DNA of 64,000 nucleotides from Macrostomum hystrix. Lineage: Eukaryota > Animalia > Platyhelminthes. The stretch is taken from contig CATNEN010000015.1 in NCBI GenBank assembly GCA_950097015.1, positions 434,001 to 498,000 on the forward strand. Direction: 5' to 3'. Shown here piece by piece: positions 49,993-64,000 of this stretch. Numbering within the stretch: the stretch's first letter is position 1; each line of letters opens with the position of its first letter. Both the position numbers and the translations under genes were made by a program. A model generated the notes under the pieces. The model did no database searches. It saw only the letters and a program-made list of their open reading frames with translations, and had not been told where the DNA came from.

Positions 49993-50729
49993 TTACCACA
50001 AAGTGCCCATAAGAGATTTACAGTTGTCTGTTTAACACAATAGCAAATCTGTGTTTTCCTTCTGGCATTTATGCCATCATTAACTATATCAAATCAAATC
50101 TTAGAGCCTTTCAAATCCCAATTTGTTAGGATCCTCAAAAAGAGGAAATTGAACCAGATCAGCAACTGTCGCACACCTTGTTGATTCGTCACCCGCTGCT
50201 AACCAGTTGCCAACCGCACAGGAGAAATATTCAGATTACTCGTAATAATCAAAATCTATAAATCCGAGATTTTCAATGAAAACATGCTGTGCATGGCGTC
50301 TAACTCACTGTTTATCGAAGGCGGTGTTACGATATTGCATTGGCTGAGGGAGTTGCCAAAGCCCTTGTCTAAATAACCTCCCTCCGTTGGGGTGTTCATT
50401 CGCAAGACAGCATTTATCCCAGTACAGCTTCATCGATACAGTTGTAGCACTGATTGCGTAACAACTGGCCCAACTGGGGAATTTGTGAAGCTGCTGATGC
50501 CGCAGATGCCACCAATTAGCGTTCTGCCCGGAGCTCGTGCTCAGCGGGAGATCAGGCCAGTTCATCAGGACATCCCAGATTTTGGCGATCAGCAAGTAGC
50601 TTCTCTGTTTGTACGTAGCTGGCTCGGATACACAAGTTTCTTGGTTGTTGTGGCCAAACATTTCTGTGGCCCGCAGCACTGACCTTTTTCCTGCTTCCAG
50701 CAAGAAACTTCAGTTTAATTTATACTATC

Positions 50730-51060
50730 TCGTGTCTTTATCCAATCTTCTGTGTCTCTATCCAATCTTCTGTGTCTTTATCCAATCTTGTGTCTTTATC
50801 CAATCTGCCGGGTCTCTATCCAATCTGCCGTGTCTCTATCCAATCTGCCGTGTCTCTATCCAATCTGCGTGTCTTTATCCAATCGCCCGGGTCTCTATCC
50901 AATCCGCCGTGTCTCTATCCAATCTGCCGGGTCTCTATCCAATCTACCGTGTCTCTATCCAATCTGCCGTGTCTTTATCCAATCGGCCGTGTCTCTATCC
51001 AATCTGCCGTGTCTTTATTCAACCTGCCGTGTCTTTATTCAACTGCCTTGTCTTTATCCT
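50730..51060. repeat. 20-bp minisatellite (GTGTCTCTATCCAATCTGCC)n
   Basis: About 16 diverged copies. Confidence 0.9.
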
Positions 51061-51712
51061 ATCTTCTGTCTTTTTTCAAGCTCCTATGTTCCCATGCCTA
51101 TATACCATTTCCTATACCTTTAAACCCATCTTTCGTGTCTTTAACAAACTTTTGCTTTTGTTTTTGCAAATTTGTGCTTTTTATTTCCTCCCAGCCTCTT
51201 TTATAGCAAACCTAGAACTTTATTTTGTTAAATCATTTCGTGAGGCAACTTTTATTCCGACAGAAAAATTGCCATTACATTTCAATCTGGTTCAACGTGA
51301 TAAAAAAGCCAAACTGCCTGTTGAATTAGAAATAGATTTCGAATCAGCAAATCAATCAGACGCAGGAATCGCTGATCAATTATGACTGATAACCAGTGCA
51401 CAGATTTTTTTCAGAAGCTAAACAGTCTCCAATGCTGCTTGGTCACTTATTGAATTCTGCCCAGGGTTTTTTGACTGACAGGTCGTTGGGGATTTCTTCC
51501 CGCGCTGAAAGCAGCCGTCATCGTTGCAATATTTTTTGTTCAGAAATTCTGCCCTTGGATGCCAACTGCAGACTTCGCGGAGCTTCCTCGGTTCCAGTCG
51601 TCAGTGCTGATCAGTGCCGGTGCTGACCAGAAGGCAAAGTGTCCGGCAGGAGAGGCTGCGGCCCGCTCTGACGGCCTCCCGCTGAGCAAGTGTCACTCGC
51701 GCGTCAAAGTCA

Positions 51713-53330
<1,618 letters not shown>

Positions 53331-53789
53331 GACAGTGATTGCCTGGTCATGATCGCCAGGCAGTGATTTAAAAATTCCACTTTCATAATTCTCACGGCCG
53401 ATGACTAACAGTTATGGGGAGTAGATTTCAAGGCCATTATCTTCCCACATTTGACAATCATTCGCACAACGGACTTCCCGTATTTTTTCCTGTATTTCCC
53501 TTCTTTCCATGGCCAGCCAGGAAATGAGGAGACCAGAATTGGACCAGAGAATCGGATGTGTGTGAATGAGGTGTGTGACTGTCGCACCTGTGCTCTGTAA
53601 CTGATCAGTTGAGCACAGGTACACAGTGGCTGACCATGGCGTGTGCCCTCAGGCGCCGCGGGACTGCTGAAGCGTAATTAACAGCCTGACATTGTCTATT
53701 AGGATCTACGCGTACTTCCCCTCTGTATGTATTATTTCCTAATTCTAGTTATAGACCATTCTATCTACCTACTACCTACCCCATACCGA

Positions 53790-54770
53790 AAAATTCTTCC
53801 CAATTCTTTCCAATTCTTCCCAATTCTTCTCAATTCTTCCCAATTCTTCCCAATTTTTCCCAATTTTTCCCAATTCTTCCCAATTTTTCCCAATTCTTCC
53901 CAATTCTTCTCAATTCTTTCCAATTCTTTCCAATTCTTCTCAATTATTTTCAATTCTTCCCAATTCTTTCCGATTCTTTCCAATTCTTTCCAATTCTTTC
54001 CAATTCTTCTCAATTCTTCCCAATTCTTCCCAATTCTTTCCAATTCTTCTCAATTCTTTCCAATTCTTCCCAATTCTTCTCAATTCTTCCCAATTCTTCC
54101 CAATTTTTCCCAATTCTTCCCAATTCTTCTCAATTCTTTCCAATTCTTCCCAATTTTTCCCAATTTTTCCCAATTCTTCCCAATTTTTCCCAATTCTTCC
54201 CAATTCTTCTCAATTCTTTCCAATTCTTACCAATTCTTCCCAATTTTTCCCAATTTTTCCCAATTCTTCCCAATTTTTCCCAATTCTTCCCAATTCTTCT
54301 CAATTATTTTCAATTCTTCCCAATTCTTCCCAATTATTCTCAATTCTTTCCAATTCTTTCCAATTCTTCTCAATTCTTCCCAATTCTTCCCAATTTTTCC
54401 CAATTTTTCCCAATTCTTCCCAATTTTTCCCAATTCTTCCCAATTCTTCTCAATTCTTTCCAATTCTTTCCAATTCTTCTCAATTATTTTCAATTCTTCC
54501 CAATTCTTTCCGATTCTTTCCAATTCTTTCCAATTCTTTCCAATTCTTCTCAATTCTTCCCAATTCTTCCCAATTCTTTCCAATTCTTCTCAATTCTTCC
54601 CAATTCTTCTCAATTCTTCCCAATTCTTCCCAATTCTTTCCAATTCTTCTCAATTCTTCCCAATTCTTCTCAATTCTTTCCAATTCTTCTCAATTCTTCC
54701 CAATTCTTCCCAATTCTTTCCAATTCTTCTCAATTCTTCCCAATTCTTCCCAATTCTTCCATATTCATTC
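53790..54770. repeat. 10-bp minisatellite (CAATTCTTCC)n
   Basis: About 98 copies with variants; internal block duplication at a 540-bp offset. Confidence 0.96.
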
Positions 54771-57687
54771 CAATTGCTTCTGAATTATTCGCAAAGCTTC
54801 ATAAACCATCCAAAGTATTTGCACATCTCCTCCCAGTGTCACCTCACGAAGGTTGAAATGATTAATATTGGCTTTGTGCCCCAAGGCCTCTGAATGTCTG
54901 GGACGATCAGAATCCTCACCAACTGGCTGCAGTGGTTGTTGATTAGCATCTCCAAGGCCGTGTTTCTCGACTGACCGCGGCTTCACAGGCACCGGAGGAA
55001 CATTGCTCTCCAAGCAGCCTCATTCCCCGACTAATTGCTAAATATTTTGCCTCGCCGAATGATGGCAGGTCAAACGGTCAGCGGGGAAGGGGGAGAATTC
55101 GCAAGGGAAAATGTTGAAGCAATCCAGCTGGCTTGTTCGGGGCGCCCGAGTTCATTCGGCGCAGTCCCCTGTTCCAGTCCCATTGTTCCGCATCCGTAGA
55201 GTATATTTTCTTTGTGGAAAAGCAACAGACAGCAAATAGACTGCACCCATTCTCTGCCTGTTGCTTCTCGAATTGGGAAAACAAACTTATGAGCGCAGGA
55301 GAGAGAGGCAACAGCCGTAGCCGCGACGGGCAGCCTGTTGTCAATCATCAGCTGGTAGATCATGACGCTGAACATCTTGACGCTCCATTGAGCAACTGGA
55401 GCTAAAACAACAACAACAGAGGCAGCAGCAGCAGCAGCATCTGTGTATATTTAGATGTCTCTCAAATTCCTATACAGTTCTTGTTGATGTGACATTAGAA
55501 ATCGAATTTTATTCGATGAGAAAAAAAATTTAACTCGATGTTGTCTAACTCGATAATCGCGATAGAATAGCACAACACAATACAGGATGAGAGCTGTTTG
55601 ATAGGACACCACAATGCTAAGTTAGGCCGTTCATTATCCACGCAATGAGCTCCCGCGGTGCCCTAATCTATGGTTGCCCAGGTAACAAAGCCAACAGGTG
55701 AAATACTGGCCCAGTAGCTCAGCAGGTGGGGCCTCTTCAGCCTGACGGGGCGGTTCACTTCGGACCCTTCAAAACTGTCGAGTCTGGCGATTTTTTACAA
55801 TGATACCGGCAGCTCAGGTGCGAGACGGTGACGCTGGGACAAATGGAACAAAAGAGAGACTGTTCTCATCATTCTTTGAGCACGGAAGCATTTAGTGATG
55901 GAGTCAGGCTGAGGCTCTTGACATAAGTTTTGTTATTGTCTTCTTTTTATTGTTATTCAAGAACTCGGGCTTAACTGGCTAAAACACATTTTAATGAGGG
56001 GCAATTATTTTTGTAAAAAACGCGCATGGAACCAATGACCCTTCACTGGAGGCATGCAGTGGGACAATAAGACCCGGGACATGTTGCCCACCAGTTCCTG
56101 GAATGCCGCAGTGTATCCATCGCTACATTAAGATAGAAACTATGATAAGACAATTCAGTGAGATTTCAATCAGATCAGAATGAAAGCTTTGCCTGCTTAA
56201 TTGCTGCGGTCCCAGAGGCTGTCAATCAGTGATTTGGGGGGGTTGAATCAATAGATCCCACAGAAATTATCGGCTAACGGGGTGCTTCTCCAGTCTCCAT
56301 TAGGCCTTTCTAATGGATATAATGTTATCAGAAAACTATGAACACTGGAAAAAGCTTTCATTGTTTTCTTTGTTTCCTCAAAGGATTGGCCAAGGAATTC
56401 CCACAGGTGCGGGAAGGGAGAGGATAAGATCCCTGCCAGTGCGGTCCAGCACAATCAATCGACCCCATCTCAGTTAGGAATATTTTTGTTCCATCGCATT
56501 GCCCATTGAGGTCCGTTTGAAATATTTGAAATATTTGAAATAAAGGAATGGGAGAGTTCCTCAGTAATTTTTGCTTTTGCAGTGCAGCATTGCCGCCTAA
56601 ATAGGGTTCGGTCATAGACAGGTTCTTATAAAAGAAGAGAGCTTTGTTTCTCAGAAGGGCCCCTTTCCATGGGCATCGTTTATTGTCTATGGCATTTTTC
56701 CACTGACATGAGTTCTGGTTGATGCTCTGCTCATAATTTTCATATCCAGAGCCAGTGTGATGGTTGCTAAGGAGATTATCTGTTAATCCACACTAATTAT
56801 TGCTTCACCAAAGCATTCCGCTTGTGAAGTTGATCCAGAAGTGGATTCTCATCGGCTTCTTTACCAGAGACGAAAAAATCGGCCATGGAGGTCGATGTTC
56901 CGACACTTTTTACCATAGACATTTTGTCATAGACAGACAACTTTTTTGTCATTATTATCGTTTATTTATCACGAAGCACAATAGCCAGTCACTTATCTAT
57001 CTCGTGATTAATCCAATTTTAGTCACTTTCTAAAAAATGATAAGTAAATGTTGATAATTTTTATTGGAAGCAGATCTAATGCTGTTCTTTTAATATATCT
57101 TGCAAAGCATGTTGCTTCAAAGAATTTGAGAAAGCTTCATTCCTGAATAATGATTTTCATTTTTTTGTTTATTTATCATGAACTCCAATAGCAGGCAATC
57201 AGAAATATAATTAGCCAATTAATTAATAGCTTTTTTATGAAAATATTTCTTATAATTATCGTAATACAAATGTCAAAAATGCGTAGAGTTCAAATCTGCC
57301 TATGATAAATTTTCCAAGAAACTAAGTGTCCCGTCCTTCTTCTTCTAGTGGAAATTGGTCGTGTAATGGACACATTTTCAATCCCATAAACACAGTTTGT
57401 CAATAGTTTAATATCTACGAGCTATATTTACGAAGCATTTGTGGAGCATTGCGGCATCAAGTATGCCAGAGACAAATATAAATCGGAATTTATGAGTACA
57501 TGGTGACTACTGATGTCTCTCGATAGTAGTACTAATAGGAGGTGTTCAGAATTATTTCAGAATAGCAAAGCTGGGTTTACACTGTACCAGAGAGAAATTC
57601 GCTTTCGTATTCTAGGCTTTAATCGACAGAAATTACACTTTGCTCAGTAAAAAAGGATTTTCACAGTAATCGGTAACAAAAGATGTG

Positions 57688-58470
57688 CCTCCCTGTGCAA
57701 CAACTGACCTCCCTGTGCAGCAAGTGACCTCCCTGTGCAACAACTGACCTCCCTGTGGACAACTGACCTCCCTGTGCAACAACTGACCTCCCTGTGCAAC
57801 AACTGACCTCCCTGTGCAACAGCTGACCTCCCTGTGCAGCAACTGACCTCCCTGTGCAACAACTGACCTCCCTGTGCAACAACTGACCTCCCTGTGCAAT
57901 TAATGACCTTCCAGTGTATTTAATGACCTTCCAGTTTCCAGTGTATTTAATGACCTTCCAGTGTATTTAATGACCTTCCAGTTTCCAGTGTATTTAATGA
58001 CCTTCCAGTGTATTTAATGACCTTCCAGTGTATTTAATGACCTTCCAGTTTCCAGTGTATTTAATGACCTTCCAGTGTATTTAATGACCTTCCAGTGCAT
58101 TTAATGACCTTCCAGTGTATTTAATGACCTTCCAGTGTATTTAATGACATTCCAGTGTATTTAATGACCCTCCAGTGTATTTAATGACCCTCCAGTGTAT
58201 TTAATGACCTTCCAGTGTATTTAATGACCTTCCAGTGGATTTAATGACCCTCCAGTGTATTTAATGACCTTCCAGTGTATTTAGTGACCTTCCAGTGTAT
58301 TTAATGACCCTCCAGTGTATTTAATGACCCTCCAGTGTATTTAATGACCTTCCAGTGTATTTAATGACCTTCCAGTGTATTTAATGACCCTCCAGTGTAT
58401 TTAATGACCCTCCAGTGTATTTAATGACCTTCCAGTGTATTTAATGACCTTCCAGTGTATTTAATGACCT
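57688..58470. repeat. Two abutting related 20-bp minisatellites (CAACTGACCTCCCTGTGCAA then TTAATGACCTTCCAGTGTAT)
   Basis: The unit switches near 57900. Confidence 0.95.
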
Positions 58471-58514
58471 GAGTTCTCAACCACAACTGTGCATCATGTA
58501 CGTCTGGTCAGTGG

Positions 58515-61422
58515 TCAGACAGCCTCAGGCCGGTGCCGATGCTGCACCTCCGTCAGCTCGTCCTCTTCAATTACCTGCCTGACGGAGTCGTCGACCATGC
58601 CTGATGCTACGCTGGACAGCACAGTGTCCACCGTGTTGCTGGAGGAGCTGCGCCTGCCGAGGACGCCACTGCCCGCCTGCGGCTGCTGTCGATCCACACT
58701 CGCCGCCCCAGCTCCGTAGGCACCTGGCACCGTAGGCAACCGGTGAAACAGGACGAGAGCCCACAGCTGGCAGATTGTGGTCACCATCATCACCGCCATG
58801 TTGCCGTACACTGCGGAGGGTGGGTGAGGCAGTAAGGCAGTGGGTGAGGCAGTGAGGCAGTGGGTGAGGCAGTGAGGCGGTGGGTGGGGCAGTGGGTGAG
58901 GCAGTGGGTGAGGCAGTGAGGCAGTGAGGCAGTGGGTGAGGCAGTGGGTGAGGCAGTGAGGCAGTGGGTGAGGCAGTGGGTGAGGCAGTGGGTGAGGCAG
59001 TGGGTGAGGCAGTGAGGCAGTGGGTGAAGCAGTGGGTGAGGCAGTGGGTGAGGCAGTGAGGCAGTGGGCGAGGCAGTGTGGCAGTGGGCGAGGCAGTGTG
59101 GCAGTGGGTGAGGCATATCTCACAGTCGATCCTGTTTTCAGCGGAAACCAGCCCGTAGCTCCTGACTGGCAAGTTCCTTGACTTCATAGCGGTGGTGAGA
59201 ATTCCCGTGACCAGGTGGAAGATGTTGATGATCTGCAGGGCCGCAAACTTCCTGCCCAAACTGTAGCCGGTGAGCATATTGACTACGGAGCGTACGAAGA
59301 TCATCAGGGAGATTGTGCCAGCGAATCGGCTAATGCCAGCGATGACGCTCAGCCAGAACAGCGGCCTGTTGAACTCTAGCGGCCGCTTCTCGTAGTTGCC
59401 GTTGAGCAGCAGAATGGCGGCCAGCACCACGTAGTAGTAGTACACGAGCTTGCCCTGCCGCACCAGGGCTCGGATCACAATCACCCGCTTCCTGGAGTGA
59501 GGTGGGTGCACTCCGTTAGTTATCGATCGACAAGGACCAAAATTGCTATCGATTGAGTAATTTATCGATCGATGAGGACTTCAACTGCAACCGATTACGT
59601 GAGAAGCAATTCTGCCTATCTGCCTTTAAGTAGGCGTATCTCCCCAATGCCCCCCTGTCCGCCCTGAGTGGCGGGGTGGGTGTTCCGGGCAGCTCACTTG
59701 CTCCAGTGAGTCGTGGGCAGGCAGGCGCAGATTCGAGGTCGCTGCAGCTCCTGGCCGTCCATCTTCTCCAGAAGTCGCTTGAAGCCGCCGAACGCGAAGG
59801 ACACCATGTTGGTGAAGTCGTTGAACACGATCATGGTGTAACTGCGATGTTGGCGCGGGTTTGCAGCTGCGATTGGCTGTGACCATGCTACCTGATATCT
59901 AACACCTCACTACCTGATATCTAACACCTCACTACCTGATATCTAACACCTCACTACCTGATATCTAACACCTCACTACCTGATATCTGACACCTCACTA
60001 CCTGATATCTGACACCTCACTACCTGATATCTGACACCTCACTACCTGATATCTAACACCTCACTACCTGATATCTAACACCTCACTACCTTATCTCTAA
60101 CACCTCACTACCTGATATCTAACACCTCACTACCTAATATCTGACACCTCACTACCTAATATCTGACACCTCACTACCTTATCTCTAACACCTCACTACC
60201 TGATATCTAACACCTCACTACCTGATATCTAACACCTCACTACCTGATATCTAACACCTCAGTACCTGATATCTAACCCCTCAGTACCTGATATCTAACA
60301 CCTCAGTACCTGATATCTAACACCTCAGTACCTGATATCTAACACCTCAGTACCTGATATCTAACACCTCACTACCTGATATCTAACACCTCACTACCTA
60401 ATATCTAACACCTCAGTACCTGATATCTAACACCTCACTACCTGATATCTAACACCTCACTACCTGATATCTAACACCTCACTACCTGATATCTAACACC
60501 TCAGTACCTGATATCTAACACCTCACTACCTGATATCTAACACCTCACTACCTAATATCTGACACCTCACTACCTAATATCTGACACCTCACTACCTTAT
60601 CTCTAACACCTCACTACCTGATATCTAACACCTCACTACCTAATATCTGACACCTCACTACCTGATATCTAACACCTCACTACCTTATCTCTAACACCTC
60701 ACTACCTAATATCTGACACCTCACTACCTTATCTCTAACACCTCACTACCTGATATCTAACACCTCACTACCTGATATCTAACACCTCACTACCTTATCT
60801 CTAACACCTCACTACCTAATATCTGACTCCTCACTACCTGACATCTCAATACCAGACATCTGACACCTTAGAACCTGACATCTGACATCAAAGAACTTAC
60901 GCTCCAACGAGAACCGAAATGAATGAAACGGCTCTGGGTATGATCATTGCGACGCAGCACAGATTCTGGTACACCTGTAAAAATAAATTTAAAAAATATG
61001 TGTCAATATTAGGCACCGACTTTTTCTGGGACAGCAGATGAGATGGCCTTCTAAAAACCCTGAATCCCGGAGTCAACTCGAGCTGTCTCACCGGATACAG
61101 AGCTAGCAGTGTGGAAGCCAGCTTGATATAGTTGTAGCTGCATTTGCCTCGCACTAGCAACACAATCTGGGTGATGTACAGACAGTTGCTGAGGAAGGCA
61201 ACAACGATGAACGAGATCACCAGGGCGCGGTCGGAGATGGGTAGGGCTGGTGAGTGAGGAGAATGAAATTAGGCATTGAAGACAAACTCTAGTCAGAAAT
61301 TTTCACACTCTGAACTCACTGCGAAAGAAGATGATGGCAGGAAGGTTGCCAGTGTTGAGCCATGTGGTGTTGCACTCCTCCTGCAGACAGGAGGTGTCGA
61401 TGTCGTCAACGAAGGGCAGCAT
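58515..61422 (-). CDS. Organic solute transporter alpha-like (SLC51A/TMEM184, Solute_trans_a family) multipass membrane protein, 6 exons, 379 aa
   Basis: Phase-consistent GT-AG exons 61422-61320, 61246-61092, 60974-60901, 59841-59698, 59491-59124, 58810-58515. Several hydrophobic helices plus LYPV, MIIPR, FAFGG, Cys-Pro loop PRICACLP, LNGNY and RKF.ALQI, matching my recollection of OST-alpha-type proteins. Confidence 0.75.
58820..59113. repeat. (TGAGGCAGTGGG / TGAGGCAG)n filling the last intron of the OST-alpha-like gene
   Basis: Occupies nearly all of the 313-bp intron. Confidence 0.93.
59888..60890. repeat. 22-bp minisatellite (TATCTAACACCTCACTACCTGA)n in intron 3 of the OST-alpha-like gene
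   Basis: About 44 copies. Confidence 0.96.
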
Positions 61423-62353
61423 TTTTCTCTCGCCTTACGCCGCAAATGAATAGCAGCACTTGCTGTCGTCTCAGAGCCCCAGGCTGAGCTATTTTGAGTG
61501 TGACAACTTTTTATTGGCAAGAGAGAATGAGACTCGAAAGTCAGGTCTCGGCCCTAAAATCCTTATCGCTTGGGGCGGGGCGGGTGCCATAGGTGAGTCG
61601 AGTTGGAGGTTGAAGGTGACTTTGGCCTCATAGAATATTTTCTATGGTGAACATGCGCTGCCAGTTGAGCTGACTGCCATTTTTAATTGACAAACTTTTC
61701 AAAGTTTTCGCTAAAACGAAGCTGTGAGCAGTGTTCAAGAAACTAAATTTCTTAGTTAAAACCTCTACGTGAGTGCTTTAGCTATGGCTCACACCGAAAT
61801 CGTGTCAAGCTCGGACATAAAATAATTTGCTATAACCCTAGCTAATTCACTCTTTGGTTAGATTTTTGCTACTACTCTTTGGTTAGTAGCGTGAACGAAC
61901 ATGGATGCGTCAAACGATCTAAAAATAGGTAGCAAAAGCGATGTATTGTCGTTTTCGCGTCAGCTTAGTCTCGAAATCATTAATTTCGGAGCCTCCATTA
62001 ATTTCGGAGTTGTCTGTATGCTGCCGGGCTCTTGTGATGCAGTTGGATGGAACTGCATCATCACGTCACGTCATCCGGAGACCACCGAGACCAGCGACCT
62101 GCGTAAAGTTTGCCACTGGACTCGACTAACAAGTAGTCGATCCGCAACAACGCTTCTGAAAGGCTGCTACTTCATTCTTGTATACTTTGACAATTGGCTC
62201 TGCAGTTGCTTGATAGTTATATTCTGACTATAAGCTTTCTTCCGAAGTATAGTGATTACTCTATCTTAAAGTGCTGTATTATCTGTGTACTAAATAGCTT
62301 TTATTGAAATTTTTGCAATTTCTTCCAAATTCGCTTCTAAATTTGATTTGAAA

Positions 62354-62910
62354 ATGGACTCTGGAACAGGCTCCGACTCAGACGAATCGTCAAGCAACTA
62401 TTCTACCGCAGAAGAGGTCATTGATGAGTCTGAGGATGAAGAGATTGCCATGCCAGAGGGGCACGAGCAAGCAGGTGGATGGCACATGGTGTCCGTCAAT
62501 CAAGATCATCGACCCTCGGATCTATCCGAGTTTCTATGTACAGCGGGGTTCCGGCCTGACTGGCACCTTCACCAACTGCTGATGGAAACGAAATTCAGAA
62601 ATTTTTTCTGACTGATCAGCTTTTCGAAGACCTCAGCAGATGGACAAATTCGAAAGCTTGGCAGACCTTTCAAGAAGCCGAGACATTGGATGCCGTTCCA
62701 AAGCAAGTGCTGGCAAAACTGCACTTTGGATGAAGCTCGAATGCTAGTATTATTTTGCTGATGTGCATCGACAAGAAGCCAGAAGTCGCGCATTGCTGGT
62801 CAAACGACCGGCCTTTTATTTCCCCCTTCTGAGTCTCTGACCAAACCTCCCTCTCTCTCTCGACCGCTTTAAGCAGATTCTGGCCTGCCTACGATTTTAC
62901 GACTGCTCGG
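62354..62910 (+). pseudogene. Degenerate piggyBac-like (PGBD/DDE_Tnp_1_7) transposase, N-terminal part
   Basis: Acidic N-terminus, then in shifting frames FLTDQLFEDLSRWTN, WQNCTLDE, LMCIDKKPEVAHCWSND and DRFKQILACLRFYD. No TIR or TTAA ends found. Confidence 0.75.
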
Positions 62911-63870
62911 AGGCTTTGGGTGCCGTTCGTGGGATGCAAATTTTAAATCTGGGATGCAAAAATTGTCTCGAACAGCTGTCAAATGCCGTTGCTGTGAAGT
63001 GGCGCTTAAAAGCGTCGAATAAAAGTGCGTCCCGACTGTTAGAGATGGGCAGCGGCTGACGAAAATTGTCAGGCTGGAGTTTCGCTGCCACTAATTTAAA
63101 TCATAATTTGTTCGCCACATTTTTTCGCAGCAATGAGCTCTGGGTGCTGTGAGCAGGGCAATAAACTGGACCCGTTGCTACAACAGAGGGGATAGGCTAA
63201 AATAGCTCGAGAAATTAGCTGCTGGAACTCGCCGCGCCAATGCTTTACTGGAGTAGGCGATGAAAAATTTATTTCGCAAGTCGTTTGTCATCCATATCTG
63301 TGGCCCGGCCCAACCCCACTCCAGCTCGCTAAAAAATCGGCACCCGCTGTGACAGGACAAACAACAGCCCCTCTCGAAGGGTTTTGACCGGAGTCGAGTG
63401 ACCAGAGAGGGCTTTGTCGCGAGTTTTACACCTTTGAGTCCCCGCTCCGGCGCAACACCTTTTACGAACTGCCCCTCCTCATCTCCACGCAGCGGTGTTG
63501 CGGTGTTGAAGATGCTTCAAAACCTGTATTAGCTGACACAATGGCCTGATCCACAGGTGAGCACTCTCAGCTAAATTAATTACACTGTCAGCGGCCACTC
63601 TTCATTAGAAGACGCGCTGTGACACAATGAGGAGTGGGGCGAGTGAGGGCGTCAGTTTTTTGCATGGAAATAGCTAACTTTGGCCGAAGGCCGCTTTGTT
63701 AGCAGTCCCCCGGCTCACTCTTCTCAATTTAATTTCAATTCACTTCTGACGTCTTGGCGCGGCCGGGGCCGGATAAAAAAGGCTTTAAAAAGGCAACAGC
63801 AGGTGGGGCTAACTGTATCATAGGTCAAGACGCTCTCGTTCACTCTAAGCGCCACCTCAACCAGCAGTCT

Positions 63871-64000
63871 ATGGCAAACTTCACATTCTACATTGCGGCT
63901 ACGCTGTGCACTGTCCTCCTATGCTCAGGCGGTGCTCAAGCCGCTTGCAACCCGTCGGGATCCACGAGCAGCTCGCTGGTCAAGTTGGACACCGGACACT
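63871..64000 (+). CDS. 5' end of a probable secreted protein (truncated by window edge)
   Basis: MANFTFYIAATLCTVLLCSGGAQAACNPSGSTSSSLVKLDTGH: hydrophobic core with an AQA-type cleavage site. AT-rich TATA-like runs at about 63772-63791. Confidence 0.5.
   Translation, partial: MANFTFYIAATLCTVLLCSGGAQAACNPSGSTSSSLVKLDTGH

Noticed and set aside
61740-63740. Termini for the piggyBac remnant
   Set aside because: No matching TTAA-flanked inverted pair found by eye.

Overview
Eukaryotic (animal) genomic DNA with spliced GT-AG genes and about 25 minisatellite arrays. Gene content and repeat load resemble a free-living flatworm such as Macrostomum; the taxon is an inference. Manual exon joining gives four phase-consistent genes. 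(1) A large lipid transfer protein (vitellogenin/apolipophorin/MTP superfamily), minus strand, at least 14 exons, 11425 to beyond position 1. (2) Lipin, minus strand, 26762-23860. (3) A Zic/odd-paired zinc-finger transcription factor, plus strand, 46034-48235. (4) An OST-alpha/TMEM184-family membrane transporter, minus strand, 61422-58515. A secreted protein appears to start at 63871. Mobile DNA: a 773-bp non-autonomous Harbinger keeping only a Myb/SANT ORF; a full-length 4.5-kb Mag-like Ty3/Gypsy element with identical LTRs, a 5-bp TSD and an RIDD reverse-transcriptase motif, inserted in an 18-bp satellite; a hAT MITE filled with a 51-bp minisatellite; degenerate piggyBac and Ingi-like remnants. 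Most long ORFs in the supplied track are repeat translations or antisense shadows. The best leads are the non-canonical RT motif in a young element, the satellite-carrying MITE, a minisatellite built from a tandemly copied 5' splice site, and short cores shared by otherwise different arrays.
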